Position numbers and translations under genes: made by a program. This document shows positions 40,023 to 51,858 of a DNA stretch of 64,000 nucleotides, one piece after another (the stretch's first letter is position 1; each line of letters begins with the position of its first letter). The notes beneath the pieces are model-generated. The model did not search any database. It worked only from the letters and a program-made list of their open reading frames with translations, and was not told the DNA's origin. Source of the stretch: Ruditapes philippinarum (Eukaryota); assembly GCF_026571515.1 (NCBI RefSeq), contig NW_026864970.1:1-64000 (forward strand), read 5' to 3'.

Positions 40023-42785
40023 CAGGACTGGGAATCAAAACTGCGTCGTATCCTACAAAATGTAAAAAAACGCCGCCATCTTTGAACGAAAAAGGTATGT
40101 TTTTGTTTATAACTCTTTTTGTTGGAAATGGCTGAAAATCAGATATATGTATTAACACGCTCCACTATTTTCCGCTTCGTTCGGTATATGTTGTTTGTAC
40201 AACTATTTTGTAAAACAAAAGTTATAGCGAACTTGCAACTCGAAGCGGGCCGAATGGTTTTGAAATTTTGTGGATACGACGCAGTTCATATTGCTTTATC
40301 CATCGTTTTACCTTCAAATCAATTATATACTAATTTAAGAGTTTACCATAAACTTCAAAATATAATTTTGCATCATTTACTAAAATTTCATTAAAAAGAA
40401 ATGTTTGTTTTCCGAGAAAATAATAATATGTACGAAATGATACGACGCAGTTGAAAATAAAATATGATACGACCCAGTTGTATTTTTTGCATTCTTTTCA
40501 ACAGGGATAATTTTGGCAATATATGTCTATTTTACCGGAAAATTACTTGTGCTAGATAAAAAAAACTAAGATCATTTGCAGTTTATAGCAATGTTCTAAT
40601 GCTTTCGATTATTTAGAAAGCATTGTGTCATGTCCAATTTACATGGCAGAAGATACTTTCAGTTAAACATGAACATGTTACTTTATTTATCATAATATCT
40701 GAAATAATTTCTTATATTTTCCTGTATGTTCAATACTATCCGTATTTCTTTTGGCAAAAATATAGAAGTCTATGAACTTGAATCACAAAATTCATTTTGG
40801 CTAGCTACGCTCTTAGTAAACTGTGGGTCTGCATGTTCTATGTTATGACTGCTTTTAGTGGTTTTATTTCAAACTTTTACTCTACACTTTAGTTTTACTG
40901 GAGGTAAGGACCTCAGGTGCGCCTTTGTGCATTTATTCAGGCAAAATGTTACACCTGCAGAGAACCTTTAGCTTACGAAAGAATCAGAAGTCCCTAGTGG
41001 TTTTCAAATTCACAGTTAAGTGCAAGTGATTTGAAGCCAATAAACATAACCTCGGCCTCGGTCGGACACACCTCTATTTTTTTCCCAACAAATTTGTTAA
41101 CCATGGTCTTAAATGTCAGTCGTACAAGTAAGCAGTTCTTTTTAATAAACTTCTGGCATGAAGTTTGAAAATTATATGTATTGAAAATTAATTATAAAGA
41201 GAATAACATTTAAATTTCTTGTTAAAATGAAATATTTCCTTACTCTTTAAGATCACTTTACTTTGATATTTCGTTTAAAAAAAGGATGTGTCAGTGGCGT
41301 GAATAGCAGAGCATTTTTTCATGTAAAGAGTGGGTAATCCTCTTTGAAGACATTTTTTGGAAACAAAAATGTTTTATGTGTTAGGAAATTCATTATCAAA
41401 TAAAAATCACACTTTAGTATAAAAGTATGTTAAGATGCCTTCTCCTTAGTCCGTTGAAAATTCAGTGCGATAAACTGACCTAAGTTTTCTCTTCCCGGCA
41501 TTCATCTAACATAGGAAGACTTCTTCAATACTATTGAAACATCAAGTCGTGCATAATAATATCTGTATCAAATTTAACGGTGCAAAGCGTAAAATACCTT
41601 TGCAAAACGGACACATAGCTACTTTACAAAATAATTTTTTGTTTTATCTTTTGTAATCCGAATTTGAAAATTTAAAGTTTTTTAATGAAGAAGAATGACA
41701 CTATAGTGCGAATCCGCACACCTGTTCTCATCGTCGTTAAAGAAATGCAATACGACAAAATCAGCGGTAAAGTTCCACGACGCTGAACATAAATTGAACG
41801 AAACTCATGCAGTACTTGCAAAAATATATCGTAGCTTAACCATTTATTATATAATTTAAAAAAATTATTGTTCAGAATAAATGGCCATTTTTCTCATCGA
41901 TTATTAAGAAAATTAAATTAATAAAATCGGCGCGTAAAAGACATAAGTAATAACGGAATTGTCGCAAATTGTTGTAAATTATACAAAGGAAGCCATACAA
42001 TTTGCGCATATGAAAAATGTAACCACCCCCATAAGTTTCGAACTCATGGGAATAAGTTTATAGGCATGCTAAGGCAGCACTTAATGTATTTGATACACCT
42101 TTTTCGGAATTTGTAGATGCTTATGACAGGTGCTAAAAATGCGACCGAAAAATGAAGCCTTAATAGAATTTTCCATTTTCGTGGGGCCAGTGCGTGACTT
42201 CGTCTCTTAACTTAAGTTGCATAGGTCACTTGTGCGCATTCATAATGATCAAAAATTTACAAACGAGAAATGTTGTTGGACTTTACTAGCATACTTGAAC
42301 CAATATGCAGCCTGCAATGAAAATACAACTGCGTCGTATCATATTTTATTTTCAACTGCGTCGTATCATTTCGTGCATATTATTATTTTCTCGGAAAATA
42401 AACATTTCTTTTTAATGAAATCTTAGTAAATGATGCAAAATTATATTTTGAAGTTTATGGTAAACTCTAAAATTAGTATATAATTAATTTGAAGGAAAAA
42501 ACGATAGTTAAAGCAATATGAACTGCGTCGTATCCACAAAATTTCATAAAAATTCTGCTCCGCTTCGAGTTGCAAGTTCGCTATAACTTTTGTTTTACAA
42601 AATAGTTGTACAAACAACATATACCGAACGAAGCGGAAAATAGTGGAGCGTGTTAATACATATATTTGATTTTCAGTCATTTCCAACAAAAACAGTTATA
42701 AACAAAAACATACCTTTTTCGTTCCAAGATGGCGGCGTTTGTTTACATTTTGTAGGATACGACGCAGTTTTGATTCCCAGCCCTG
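40023..42785. mobile_element. Non-autonomous DNA transposon, 2763 bp, ~465-bp TIRs, 5-bp TSD
   Basis: TIRs at 40023-~40486 and ~42320-42785 (CAGG[A/G]CTGGGAATCAAAACTGCGTCGTATCC). TSD gtaat at 40018-40022 and 42786-42790. Empty sites with a single gtaat (ttgtaatgtctaagatag) at ~47270 and ~53840. No transposase ORF. Confidence 0.95.
40893..41070 (-). mobile_element. Highly decayed tRNA-derived SINE inside the TIR element
   Basis: tttactgg...aggtg...caagtgatttgaagccaa...aacctcggcc aligns loosely with the SINE at 42978-43225. Confidence 0.55.
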
Positions 42786-42977
42786 GTAATGTCTAAGATA
42801 GAAATGAAGTGCGTTGTTTCACATGGGAAATTCAATTGTGTTCCATTAATATTCGTTCATACTGTAAATTTTAAAATGAAAACTGGTATATTATCATTTT
42901 GCAATACATCGTTAATTGTATAATGTTGCACATACTCGTACATGTATATATGAAAAAAATATGACATAAAATAGAAA

Positions 42978-43225
42978 AACACAACACAAACACATTAGGG
43001 ATCATATGGCGTATTCGAGCTTTACTGGTGAGAAAGATTTTTAGGTGTCCCTCCGTGTATTATTTCAAATACGTACGGGCACCTGAGAAGAACAACCGAA
43101 GTTACGTTAGCTACCTGGATAGCTTCCTGACACGAAATTATTACAATTCCCTCTCGAGATTCGAAACCACAACGGCGGATGGTAAGTGGTTTTAAGTCAA
43201 CAACCTTAACCACACGTCCGCGAAG
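42978..43225 (-). mobile_element. tRNA-derived SINE (molluscan type)
   Basis: Minus-strand head GGACGTGTGGTTAAGG (A box) ... GGTTTCGAATC (B box). Body GAAGCTATCCAGGTAGCTAACGTAACTTCGGTTGTTCTTCTCAGGTGCCCG. Paralog at 47462-47675 and a possible fragment near 33060-33135. Confidence 0.8.
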
Positions 43226-46200
43226 AAAAACAGACAATTCATCAGTAATATGACGCAAAACTGATGTTGTCTAAGACAGATGATTTAGTATACATCTGTA
43301 TTTCTATTAATATGATTATGAAAGCTATCGTTTCATGGAGCAAATTATAAAATATATGGTCCTTTGGTGTTTCGGTTGTCTGTCTTGGTTTATCTTATAT
43401 AACGGATATATAAAGAAAATCAATTGTTGTCTGTGACGGCGCTATGGAAAAAATAAAATTATTATTATTATTATTATCATTATTATTATTATTATTATTA
43501 TCTTTTTAATTATTATTTTGTTAGATAAATTAAAATGAATGCAAAAACTCTGAAGGCAAAACAATATTGTTCAATTCATTTGATATTAAAAATGCGTAAA
43601 AGACGCACAAGTGATATGTTTTAATTAAAGGATGAATTAGTTTCTGTGACAAAATATGTTTTATGACTATCATTTATCATTCTTTAATAGGGTTTTAGTT
43701 AAAATTTCCCCCGTGATCAATGTGAGAACTCATCACTTATCATTCAAATGACTGCATAATGGCATTTTAAAATTATTTATATCAACTTTTGCATGATGCA
43801 TTATTGTTCGTAACATGTAACTCATTTCAGAAGTATGAAATTTACAGAGTCAGGTTCATGGGGCTGCAACCTACTTTTTGACATGCGCTTAGGAAAATGT
43901 GTAGACATGCATTTCTTTTTACGAGGTTGTTGGGTTTGTTGGAATAACATTGTTTTTGCCAGGTGTTATTTTGTAATGATTCTATTATAATAACTGCCAA
44001 ATATCTTAGGATTGTCATGCAATACATGTCATCGTAAAACATTTGTAAACATGCATACTAACAGATTTGTATTCTCAGTTTCAAACGTTTTACAAAGGAA
44101 TATATATTGAATATATATTCAAGTTGATTTTTTTTCTATGAATACACGGTTTATTTTCATTGAATGGTTTGAAAATAAATATTTCTTGAGTGGCGGTAGC
44201 CAAAGTGATCCCACGCCAGTAGATGAAAATTAATCCTGTATTTACAGAAAAAAACAGAATTTTCTGTTAATTTCATACATTTTTCTCTTTTTAAACATTA
44301 CAAGTTTAAAGACTTCTGAGTTATATCGAGTGTTTAAATGAAACAATGCTTTATTTCAGAGGCTGAAAAGTGCATCATTATATATGTTGATTGACACAGT
44401 GACGTGAATAACGATACTGTTAAGGATATATTTTTCAATGCTAACTTAATGTGACACTGGTGAATGGTTGTCCGTGTGACAAATCGGAATCTGTTATTTT
44501 AATACAATACTGAGTTATGTACCAATTATGTATCTTGGAAATGATGACATCCCCTTCAAATTGTACTCACAGGTTTCAATGATAACCAAGGAATGTTTGC
44601 AAAATGATGACATATGCCATATTCACTCCGGTACTGTTTTCTGGAACCCATATGCCAAAAAGAACGTGGTTTTTTTTTTTTGTATAAATATTTTTTGTAC
44701 TTAACTCATATCAATGTTCAATTCAGTTGGCATTGTAATGCGTTTAAGCCGCAAACGTGACATACAATAATTATAATTAAAAATAGATTAACTTCTGTGA
44801 CAAAATAGTTTTTAAGAAGTTCATTCATCATTCTTTTTTTGGGTTTTAGTTTAACACTCCCATGTGATTAATGGGAAAACTCATTATTGTTTAAATGTGA
44901 CTACATAATTACGTTCATGTTTTCTTGTGGTTTTTTTGCAGGAGCATTTTGTGTGCGAACTCACAATTCCTGTTTTGCTATAAAACATTTGTCAGAGGAG
45001 TTGGATACATGTATGTTGTACTAATAAGAACAGCTTTTAATTAATTAAAGATGACACTTCGAAAAGAGATTCAAAAGGCAACAAAGAATGCTGTTCTTTT
45101 ATTCATGTTTTTTATACACTCAAAAGATAAAAATGACACTATAAATTTTTTCTTTTACACGATTCACATCTTTTTAATATAAATGTTTTTTTAGAAAAGA
45201 CTGACGAACCTTTGGTCATCGCACAAAGCATTTCCAAACAATTAAGGAGATAAGCCCTATTTAATACTGTTTTTTCATAGATAAAGAACATGATTTCAGA
45301 ACAAGAAATTTATTTATTAATATCTGTATTTCGTAAGAAAACGAAACATCTTAGAATCGACCATGTCACCTGTCAGAAGTTTGGTTTTATAATACAGCAA
45401 AACTCTTTTATTTCAGAAAACACGGACACATTTCAGCGGCCGTGTATATGTTTACATAAACAGGATCACTATCCAAATAAAGAGACGTTACAGCCATGTT
45501 GTATAATGATTAAAGTTTCAATTCATTACTAGCTTTTCACGAAGATAGTGAATAGTTTTTAAACATGTTAAGCAGAAAATATTTAGTTGGACGCAGCAGA
45601 AAATGTCAATTTATGGCTTTAAAAAAAAGCTTGAAAATATGATAACAAGATTAACAAGGAAAGGCGGTGTCCAAATTTGGGATTTTTTACCTAAAATCTT
45701 CAAATCCGCTTAATGGTGAATGGTGATTAATGATCAGCAGAAACAAAAAATCAGTTGAAACCAGCAGAAAATGTGTCATAATAGCCTTATAAAAGGATGA
45801 CGAGCTGTACAAAATTTGGAATTTTTTATCTAAATTCTTCACATCCGCATAATGGTGAATAGTGATCCTCAGATGAAGCTGCAGAAAATGTCTCATGACA
45901 GCCTTATAAAAGACTGACAAGTTGTCCACAGTTGGGAAAAAACTGGTTTATAAAATTCCTCTAATCGAGACAAATGTTCAGCCAATTTCTCAAATTTGTT
46001 TCACTCCAATTCATAATAGCAGAAAATATACAGTTAATTGCAGCAGGAAACGTATCATTAGGATCTTATCAAATGTTGACGGGTTGTCAAAATTTCGGGA
46101 AATCTTTTAACGGGCCGGAATATTCATTTCTGTGACGCCCTTCCTATTATGTCCTTTCCTAGAATCACGTGCTATGAAAAGTGCATTTACGTCACACACC

Positions 46201-47461
46201 ACTACATCATACTTTTGTAATTATCATGAGACTAGAAGACCAGCATTTCGTATCAATGCGGACTGAAAGACTGCACTTAAAACTAGGGGTTTCTATGAAA
46301 AATGCTTTCAAAAATGGCATTCCCTTCAAGCGGATATATTATTATGTATATAATTAAACAGAGCCTGCCAGTGGCAAAGCTTATGACATATAAGAGATGG
46401 GATTAAAAGTAAATATATCAAAAAAATGACAAGTCCAGTAAGGTTCATTTTTACTCTCACTTCCGAAAAACACCAGTGTCTAATGTTTAATTATAACACA
46501 TTTAATGGTGGCCTGTTGAAATGGAATTTTTAAAATGTCACGTTTCCCTTGGTACCATGTTCTGGAATTTAAAAGCTAATTAGAGCGAGTGTGGAAATGT
46601 CAGGGTGGTTTATTTCTGAGACTAGAATAAAATATGTCATTATATCTAAACAGATATACAGTAACACAGAACGGGCGCGGAACAAGTAAAAAAGCAGAGA
46701 AATTCCAACCTGACTTGAACCATCGATATTTTGTAAGCTTTATCAAATGAAATTATCACTTTCTTTGCGACTCTAAACCATAGCAATGAGATGGAAAAGA
46801 TTCGGTTTCAGCGACAGCCTTACCTACATGTAATCATAAATCATAGATAGAATAGAACATGGGATATCGAATTACGAAAGCCATAAAAACTTCTGTTTGG
46901 TATATTCATCTAATATCAAGAACAAATATACAATAATAATTATTCTTAATTCTTTATTTTGCAAACAAAACACAAAATGATCAATATTCTTCGAAAATTC
47001 TTTCGCAAATAAATAGTCATTAAGCCAAAGCAAGCAATTATTGGGAAATATTAAATAAGCAGTTTAAGAACGAAAATTATAATGGTAAAAAGTAATTCAT
47101 TAGGCTTTAAAAAGCTTTTCCTGTATGGTCTCGACAGAAATGATGCGGAATCCATTAATGTGTTATTACACTATTGTACATAACTGTTTAGCAATGCCTG
47201 ACAAACAATCATAATCAGAGTTCTAAATTTAATCAAATGACAGGCGTGTAGCAAAGGATTTTTCTGACATTTGTAATGTCTAAGATAGCAATTATTATAG
47301 TTGTTTGACGTGGGCAATTCAAATGTGTTCCATAAATATTCCTTCATGTCTTGAATTCTAAAATGAAAATTGGTGTTTTTATCATTTTTCAATATCTCGT
47401 ACATTATATTATATTGCACATACATGTTTATATGAAAAAAATATGACATGTTGATAATATA

Positions 47462-47675
47462 GATTATATGGCGTATTCAAGCTTTACTCGCTGGGAAAGA
47501 CTTTTTAGGTGTTCCTCCGTCACGAACGGACACCTGAGTAAAGCCACCGACGTTACGTAAGCTACCTGGATAGCTTTCTTACACGAAATTATTCCTGTCG
47601 GGATTTTATTCCTGTCGGGATTCGAACCCAAAGCGGCGAAGGGCCAATGTTTTGAAGTCAACGAATTTACCCACG
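47462..47675 (-). mobile_element. tRNA-derived SINE, duplicated with the unit
   Basis: Same position and flanks as the U1 copy. B box GGGTTCGAATCCC is intact. Confidence 0.8.
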
Positions 47676-47806
47676 ATATTTTAACTAATTCATTAGTGGT
47701 ATGACGCAAAACTGATGTGTCATCATACTTTGTCTAAGACAGATGCTTTGGCATATTTCTAATCACATTTTAATGGAAGTTATCTTTGCAGCAGGTGTTT
47801 GTGTAT

Positions 47807-47826
47807 TATTATTATTATTATTATTA

Positions 47827-47872
<46 letters not shown>
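47807..47872. repeat. (ATT)n microsatellite (paralogs 43459-43500, 54025-54110, 62180-62335)
   Basis: Directly visible trinucleotide runs. Confidence 0.95.
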
Positions 47873-47873
<1 letters not shown>

Positions 47874-48479
47874 TATGTGCATTAAATCAAATTAATGTGA
47901 AAACTCTGTTGAATTCAGTTGACAATAAAAATGCGTAAAAGCGCCACAAGTGATATATTTTAATTTAAAAAATGGATTAGTTTCTGTGACAAAATATGTT
48001 TTAAAACGTTCATTTATCATTTGTTAATATGATTGTAGTTTAAATTTCCCCCGTAATTAATGTGAAAACTCACCACCTATCATTCAAATGACAACATAGT
48101 GACACTGTTAATATTTTCATCAGCGTTTGCATGATGCATTATTGTTTGTAAAATGTTACTCATTTCAGAAGTGTAGAATTGTCAGAGTCACGCTCATGGG
48201 GCTGCAAACATCTTTATTACATGCACTTCGGAAAAACTGTAGACATGCATTTCTATTTACGAGGTTGTTGGAATGACATTGTTTTTGTCAAGTGTTATTT
48301 TGTAATGATGGTTCTATTATAATAACTACAAAAAAGTTTTAAGATCGACATACAATATATGTCATCGTGAAAAAAATTAAAATATGCAAACTGACAGATT
48401 TGTATTCATTGGTTTCAAATTTTATAAATTAATATATAGAGGGTGTTTAAGTTTTTTTGTGTTTTTTTTTATAAATACC

Positions 48480-48615
48480 ATTTCATCAAATGGTATGAAA
48501 CTAAATATTCATTGATTGGCGGTAGCCACGAGTGAAATATGATTATTTCCACACCACAAGATGAAAATAGATCATGTATGTATAGAAAAACCCTGCATTT
48601 TCTGTTAATTTTAAC
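48480..48615. mobile_element. Old interspersed-repeat fragment carried in each unit (also 44150-44280, 54720-54855)
   Basis: ggcggtagccacgagtgaaatatgat...agatgaaaata...tgtat core resembles a palindrome-centred molluscan repeat. Family not verified. Confidence 0.45.
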
Positions 48616-49068
48616 CATACATTTTTCTCTTTGATGATATTATAATTTGAAACTACCTAGTTTTAGTTACATCGAGTGTTGAAATACCACAGTGGTTTTT
48701 TAGAGACTGGTAAAAGTGTGCCCTTATATCTATTGAATGACATAGTAACATGAATTGTTTCAAGGTTAAATGTATATTTGTAATTGCTTACTTGATGAGC
48801 CACTAGCAAATTGTAATCTAGTAAATGTTTGTGGGTGGCAAATCGGAATAAGTTATTTTGATACAATATTGAGTTATGAATCAAGTATGTATTTTAGAAA
48901 TGATGACCTCCCCTTCAAATGGTACCCCACATGCTGTAATGATTGCCCAGGAGTGCTACATAGTGTAACATAATTTATGCCTATATGCCCATTGGGTATT
49001 TTTCTTGGCTCGGGACGGGTTTTTTTTATTAATATTTTTTGTACTTTAATTTACTCATATCACTGTAG

Positions 49069-49260
49069 AATTCAGTTGGCGTGGGAATGCGTTAAAGCTG
49101 CAAACGTGACATACATTAATTAAAAATGGATTAACTTTTGTGACAAAATAGTTTTTAAGAAGTTTATTCATCATTCTTTTATTGGGGTTTAGTTTAACAC
49201 TCCCCTGTGATTAATGGGAAAACTCATTATTGTTCAAATGTGACTACATAATTACGTTCA
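49069..49260 (+). other. Conserved non-coding module M5, representative of 9 copies (37036, 43573, 44720, 47912, 49069, 54167, 55325, 62378, 63702); candidate structured ncRNA or enhancer
   Basis: Core aattcagttg..aatgcgt..ggatta..tgacaaaata..tcatt.atcattcttt..gggttt.agttta..ccc.gtgattaatg.gaaaactcat..ttcaaatg.gact is recognisable in all copies, including those with unalignable flanks. The 37036 copy is 3'-truncated. Confidence refers to the repeat, not to a function. Confidence 0.7.
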
Positions 49261-50147
49261 TGTTTTCTTGTATTTTTTTATTTGCAGGAGCATTTGTGTG
49301 TCAAGTTAAAATTCCTGTTTTTGATATAAAACAGTTGTCAGAGAAGTCGGATAATGTATGTTGTACTAGTTAGAACAGTTTTGTGCCAATATCATACAGT
49401 GGATTTTATCACGGTGTTTTGCAATGTTGTACAACACAGTAATATCAAACGAATCAGATAAATGATTAACTTCTGTACTGATAATCGTCTGCACCAGACC
49501 TTGTGTATATGTTTGTCGTTTGATTCAATGTCGGTGAAGAATGCAGACTTTCCAGTAAAAAAGATATTATTACTGACAAACAATGCACCAAGCTTGATAG
49601 GGTCAAGCGAAAAAAAACAACAAACATCTTGTTCAAAAATGCAGCGGATTAAAAGTTACGAATAGCATGTCTGGATATTTCTATTATATTTACAATTAAT
49701 TTTATTCAGATCCATATGAAATCATTTAAATTTAATATGAAAAAGGAAAAAATGAGTTCACATACAGTTAAAAATTAAATTCTAATTATCAAAATTACAA
49801 ACAAGTTTTCATGTAAGGTTTGATAAGTTTGTCTATAAAACTATCTATAAACAGAATTTATTCTAGAAACGAATAAAGAACGAATAACGAATAAATCTAG
49901 AAACGAAGTTAATTATGTACGATCTAACATCAGTTATCATTTCATATACTATAGTAAGAATCCACCACAGATCAAAAGTTATGAATATGTTGTTTGAATA
50001 TTTCAAGTATTAATCCAATTTATTCCCAAAGTTAATTACTAAATCATTTAAACATGAGTTATCATTTCAGACTATAAAACTTACCCTTAGACCAATATTT
50101 AACGAGTCTACGAGAGAATTTTAAATCTGGAATGTGGCAAAGTTTTA

Positions 50148-51078
50148 AACAAGAGCTGTCGGTAGGACAGCAACGCTCGACTATTCTAAGTGCTTGATAG
50201 TAAAAAAATGCTTGATACAGTTACCTCCTCCTGTTTACAGGTTGGGGTAATGATGGTGAACAAGTGTGCAAAGTTTCAAAGCCATATGTCAATGGACTTT
50301 GAAAATATTTAAACTATTACAAAAACTTTAACGTAAATTCTAAGTCGAAAAAGGGGCATAATTCTGTCAAAATGCTTGATAGAGTTACCTCCTCCTGTCT
50401 ACAGGTTGGGATCATGATGGTGAACAAGTGTGCAAAGTTTCAAAGCCATATGTCAATGGACTTTGAAAATATTTTAACTATTACAAAAACTTTAACGTAA
50501 ATTCTAAGTGGAAAAAGGGGCATAATTCTGTCAAAATGCTTGATAGAGTTACCTCTTCCTGTCTACAGATTGGGGTCATGATGGTGAACAAGTGTGCAAA
50601 GTTTCAAAGCCATATGTCAATGGACTTGGAAAATATTTGAACTATTACAAAAACTTTAACGTAAATTCTAAGTCGAAAAAGGGGCATAATTCTGTCAAAA
50701 TGCTTGATAGAGTTACCTCCTCCTGTCTACAGGTTGGGGTCATGATGGTGATCGAGTGTGCAAAGTTTCAAAGCCATATGTCAATGGTCTTTGAAAATAT
50801 TTTAACTATTACAAAAACTTTAACGTAAATTCTAAGTGGAAAAAGGGGCATAATTCTGTCAAAATGCTTGATAGAGTTACCTCCTCCTGTCTACAGATTG
50901 GGGTCATGATGGTGAACAAGTGTGCAAAGTTTCAAAGCCATATGTCAATGGACTTTGAAAATATTTGAATTATTACAAAAACTTTAACATAAGTGGTTAC
51001 GCCGACGCCGACGCCGACGCCGACGCTCGGGTGACTGCAATAGCTCTACTTATTCTTATCGAATAGTCGAGCTGAAAA
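50148..51078 (-). mobile_element. Complete Helentron-associated (pearl/DTC84/HINE-type) element with 164-bp satellite core
   Basis: Subterminal inverted repeat gctcgactattc (~50176) / gaatagtcgagc (51061), a (GACGCC)n microsatellite at ~50998-51025 and the terminal palindrome gctgtcggtaggacagc. atgcttgat recurs at 50208, 50372, 50536, 50700 and 50864 (period 164). Empty site ttttaaaacgttcc at ~56354. Confidence 0.93.
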
Positions 51079-51409
51079 GGTTCCAAAATGAATTCAATGT
51101 CAGTTTGATATATAAAATGACAAAATTCTCTTTCTTTACTTTGTTTGATCCTACAAAATTATTCGATACACTGATGTCATGTGTCAAATAATTAAACATC
51201 TCATATCTAACCAATTAAGTGATGGCCTAATAAAGAAAATGTCAGAGTTTATTCGAAAAGTCAATTGTCCCTTGAGTACGGTGTTCTGGATTTTAATGTT
51301 AATTAATGAGAGTGACAGGTGCGCTAGTTCTATAGACTAGAGAAAATGTGTCGATTTATCTAAACAAAAATCATTTTATATAAATGCACACAATAAAAAA
51401 AATGCGAAA

Positions 51410-51470
51410 TAATTAATCAATCAATTAATTAATCGATTAATTAATTAATTAGTCAATTAATTAATTAATC
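51410..51470. repeat. (TTAA/TCAA)n tetranucleotide low-complexity run
   Basis: aattaatcaatcaattaattaatcgattaattaattaattag... Confidence 0.85.
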
Positions 51471-51858
51471 AAAGATGGCACTATGAAAAGAGATTCAAAA
51501 GGCAACAACTAACTTACTGTTCCTTTGTTCAAGTTTTTTTGTACACTCAACAGGGATGATAAAATGACACTATTTATTAATGTTTATTACACAATTCACA
51601 TATTTTTAACTATTTTGAAGATTGAAGCGTGTGATTTTTAATATAAGAATGTATCGTATTTAAAGCATATCAAAACAATTGAGGAGAGATACGCCCTTTT
51701 TAATACTCTTTTATATAAGAAAGAACATGAAATTTATTTTTTAATTAATTTATATCGTATTTCGTAAGGAAACGAAACGTAGAAGAATCGACTAAGTCAC
51801 ATGTCAAAACAGCTGATTTTAAAAACAGAAAACCTCATTTATTTGAGAAAACATGAAC

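Larger units (their letters stand above)
38245..45440 (+). repeat. Right array unit U1
   Basis: Landmarks cgtgtatat (38249/45441/51859), ctagaatcacg (38952/46159/52671), aaaatgacaagtc (39186/46423/52936), aaatgatgac.tccccttcaaat (44538/48898/55145). Contains the 2763-bp TIR element and lacks the U2 49390-51400 segment. Confidence 0.92.
45441..51858 (+). repeat. Right array unit U2
   Basis: Colinear with U1 and U3. Contains the satellite element at 50148-51078. Confidence 0.92.

Noticed and set aside
40119-42689. Near-identical ORF pair MLEM(A/T)ENQIYVLTRS... on opposite strands
   Set aside because: These are translations of the two TIRs of one transposon, and they diverge by frameshift.
49069-49260. 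M5 as a known conserved miRNA
   Set aside because: No arm matches a miRNA family I recognise, and hairpin 2 has asymmetric bulges. It is kept only as an unclassified structured-RNA hypothesis.
50204-50988. CRISPR-like array (also 23311-23810)
   Set aside because: Head-to-tail 144-164-bp monomers with no unique spacers and no cas genes, in a eukaryotic context.
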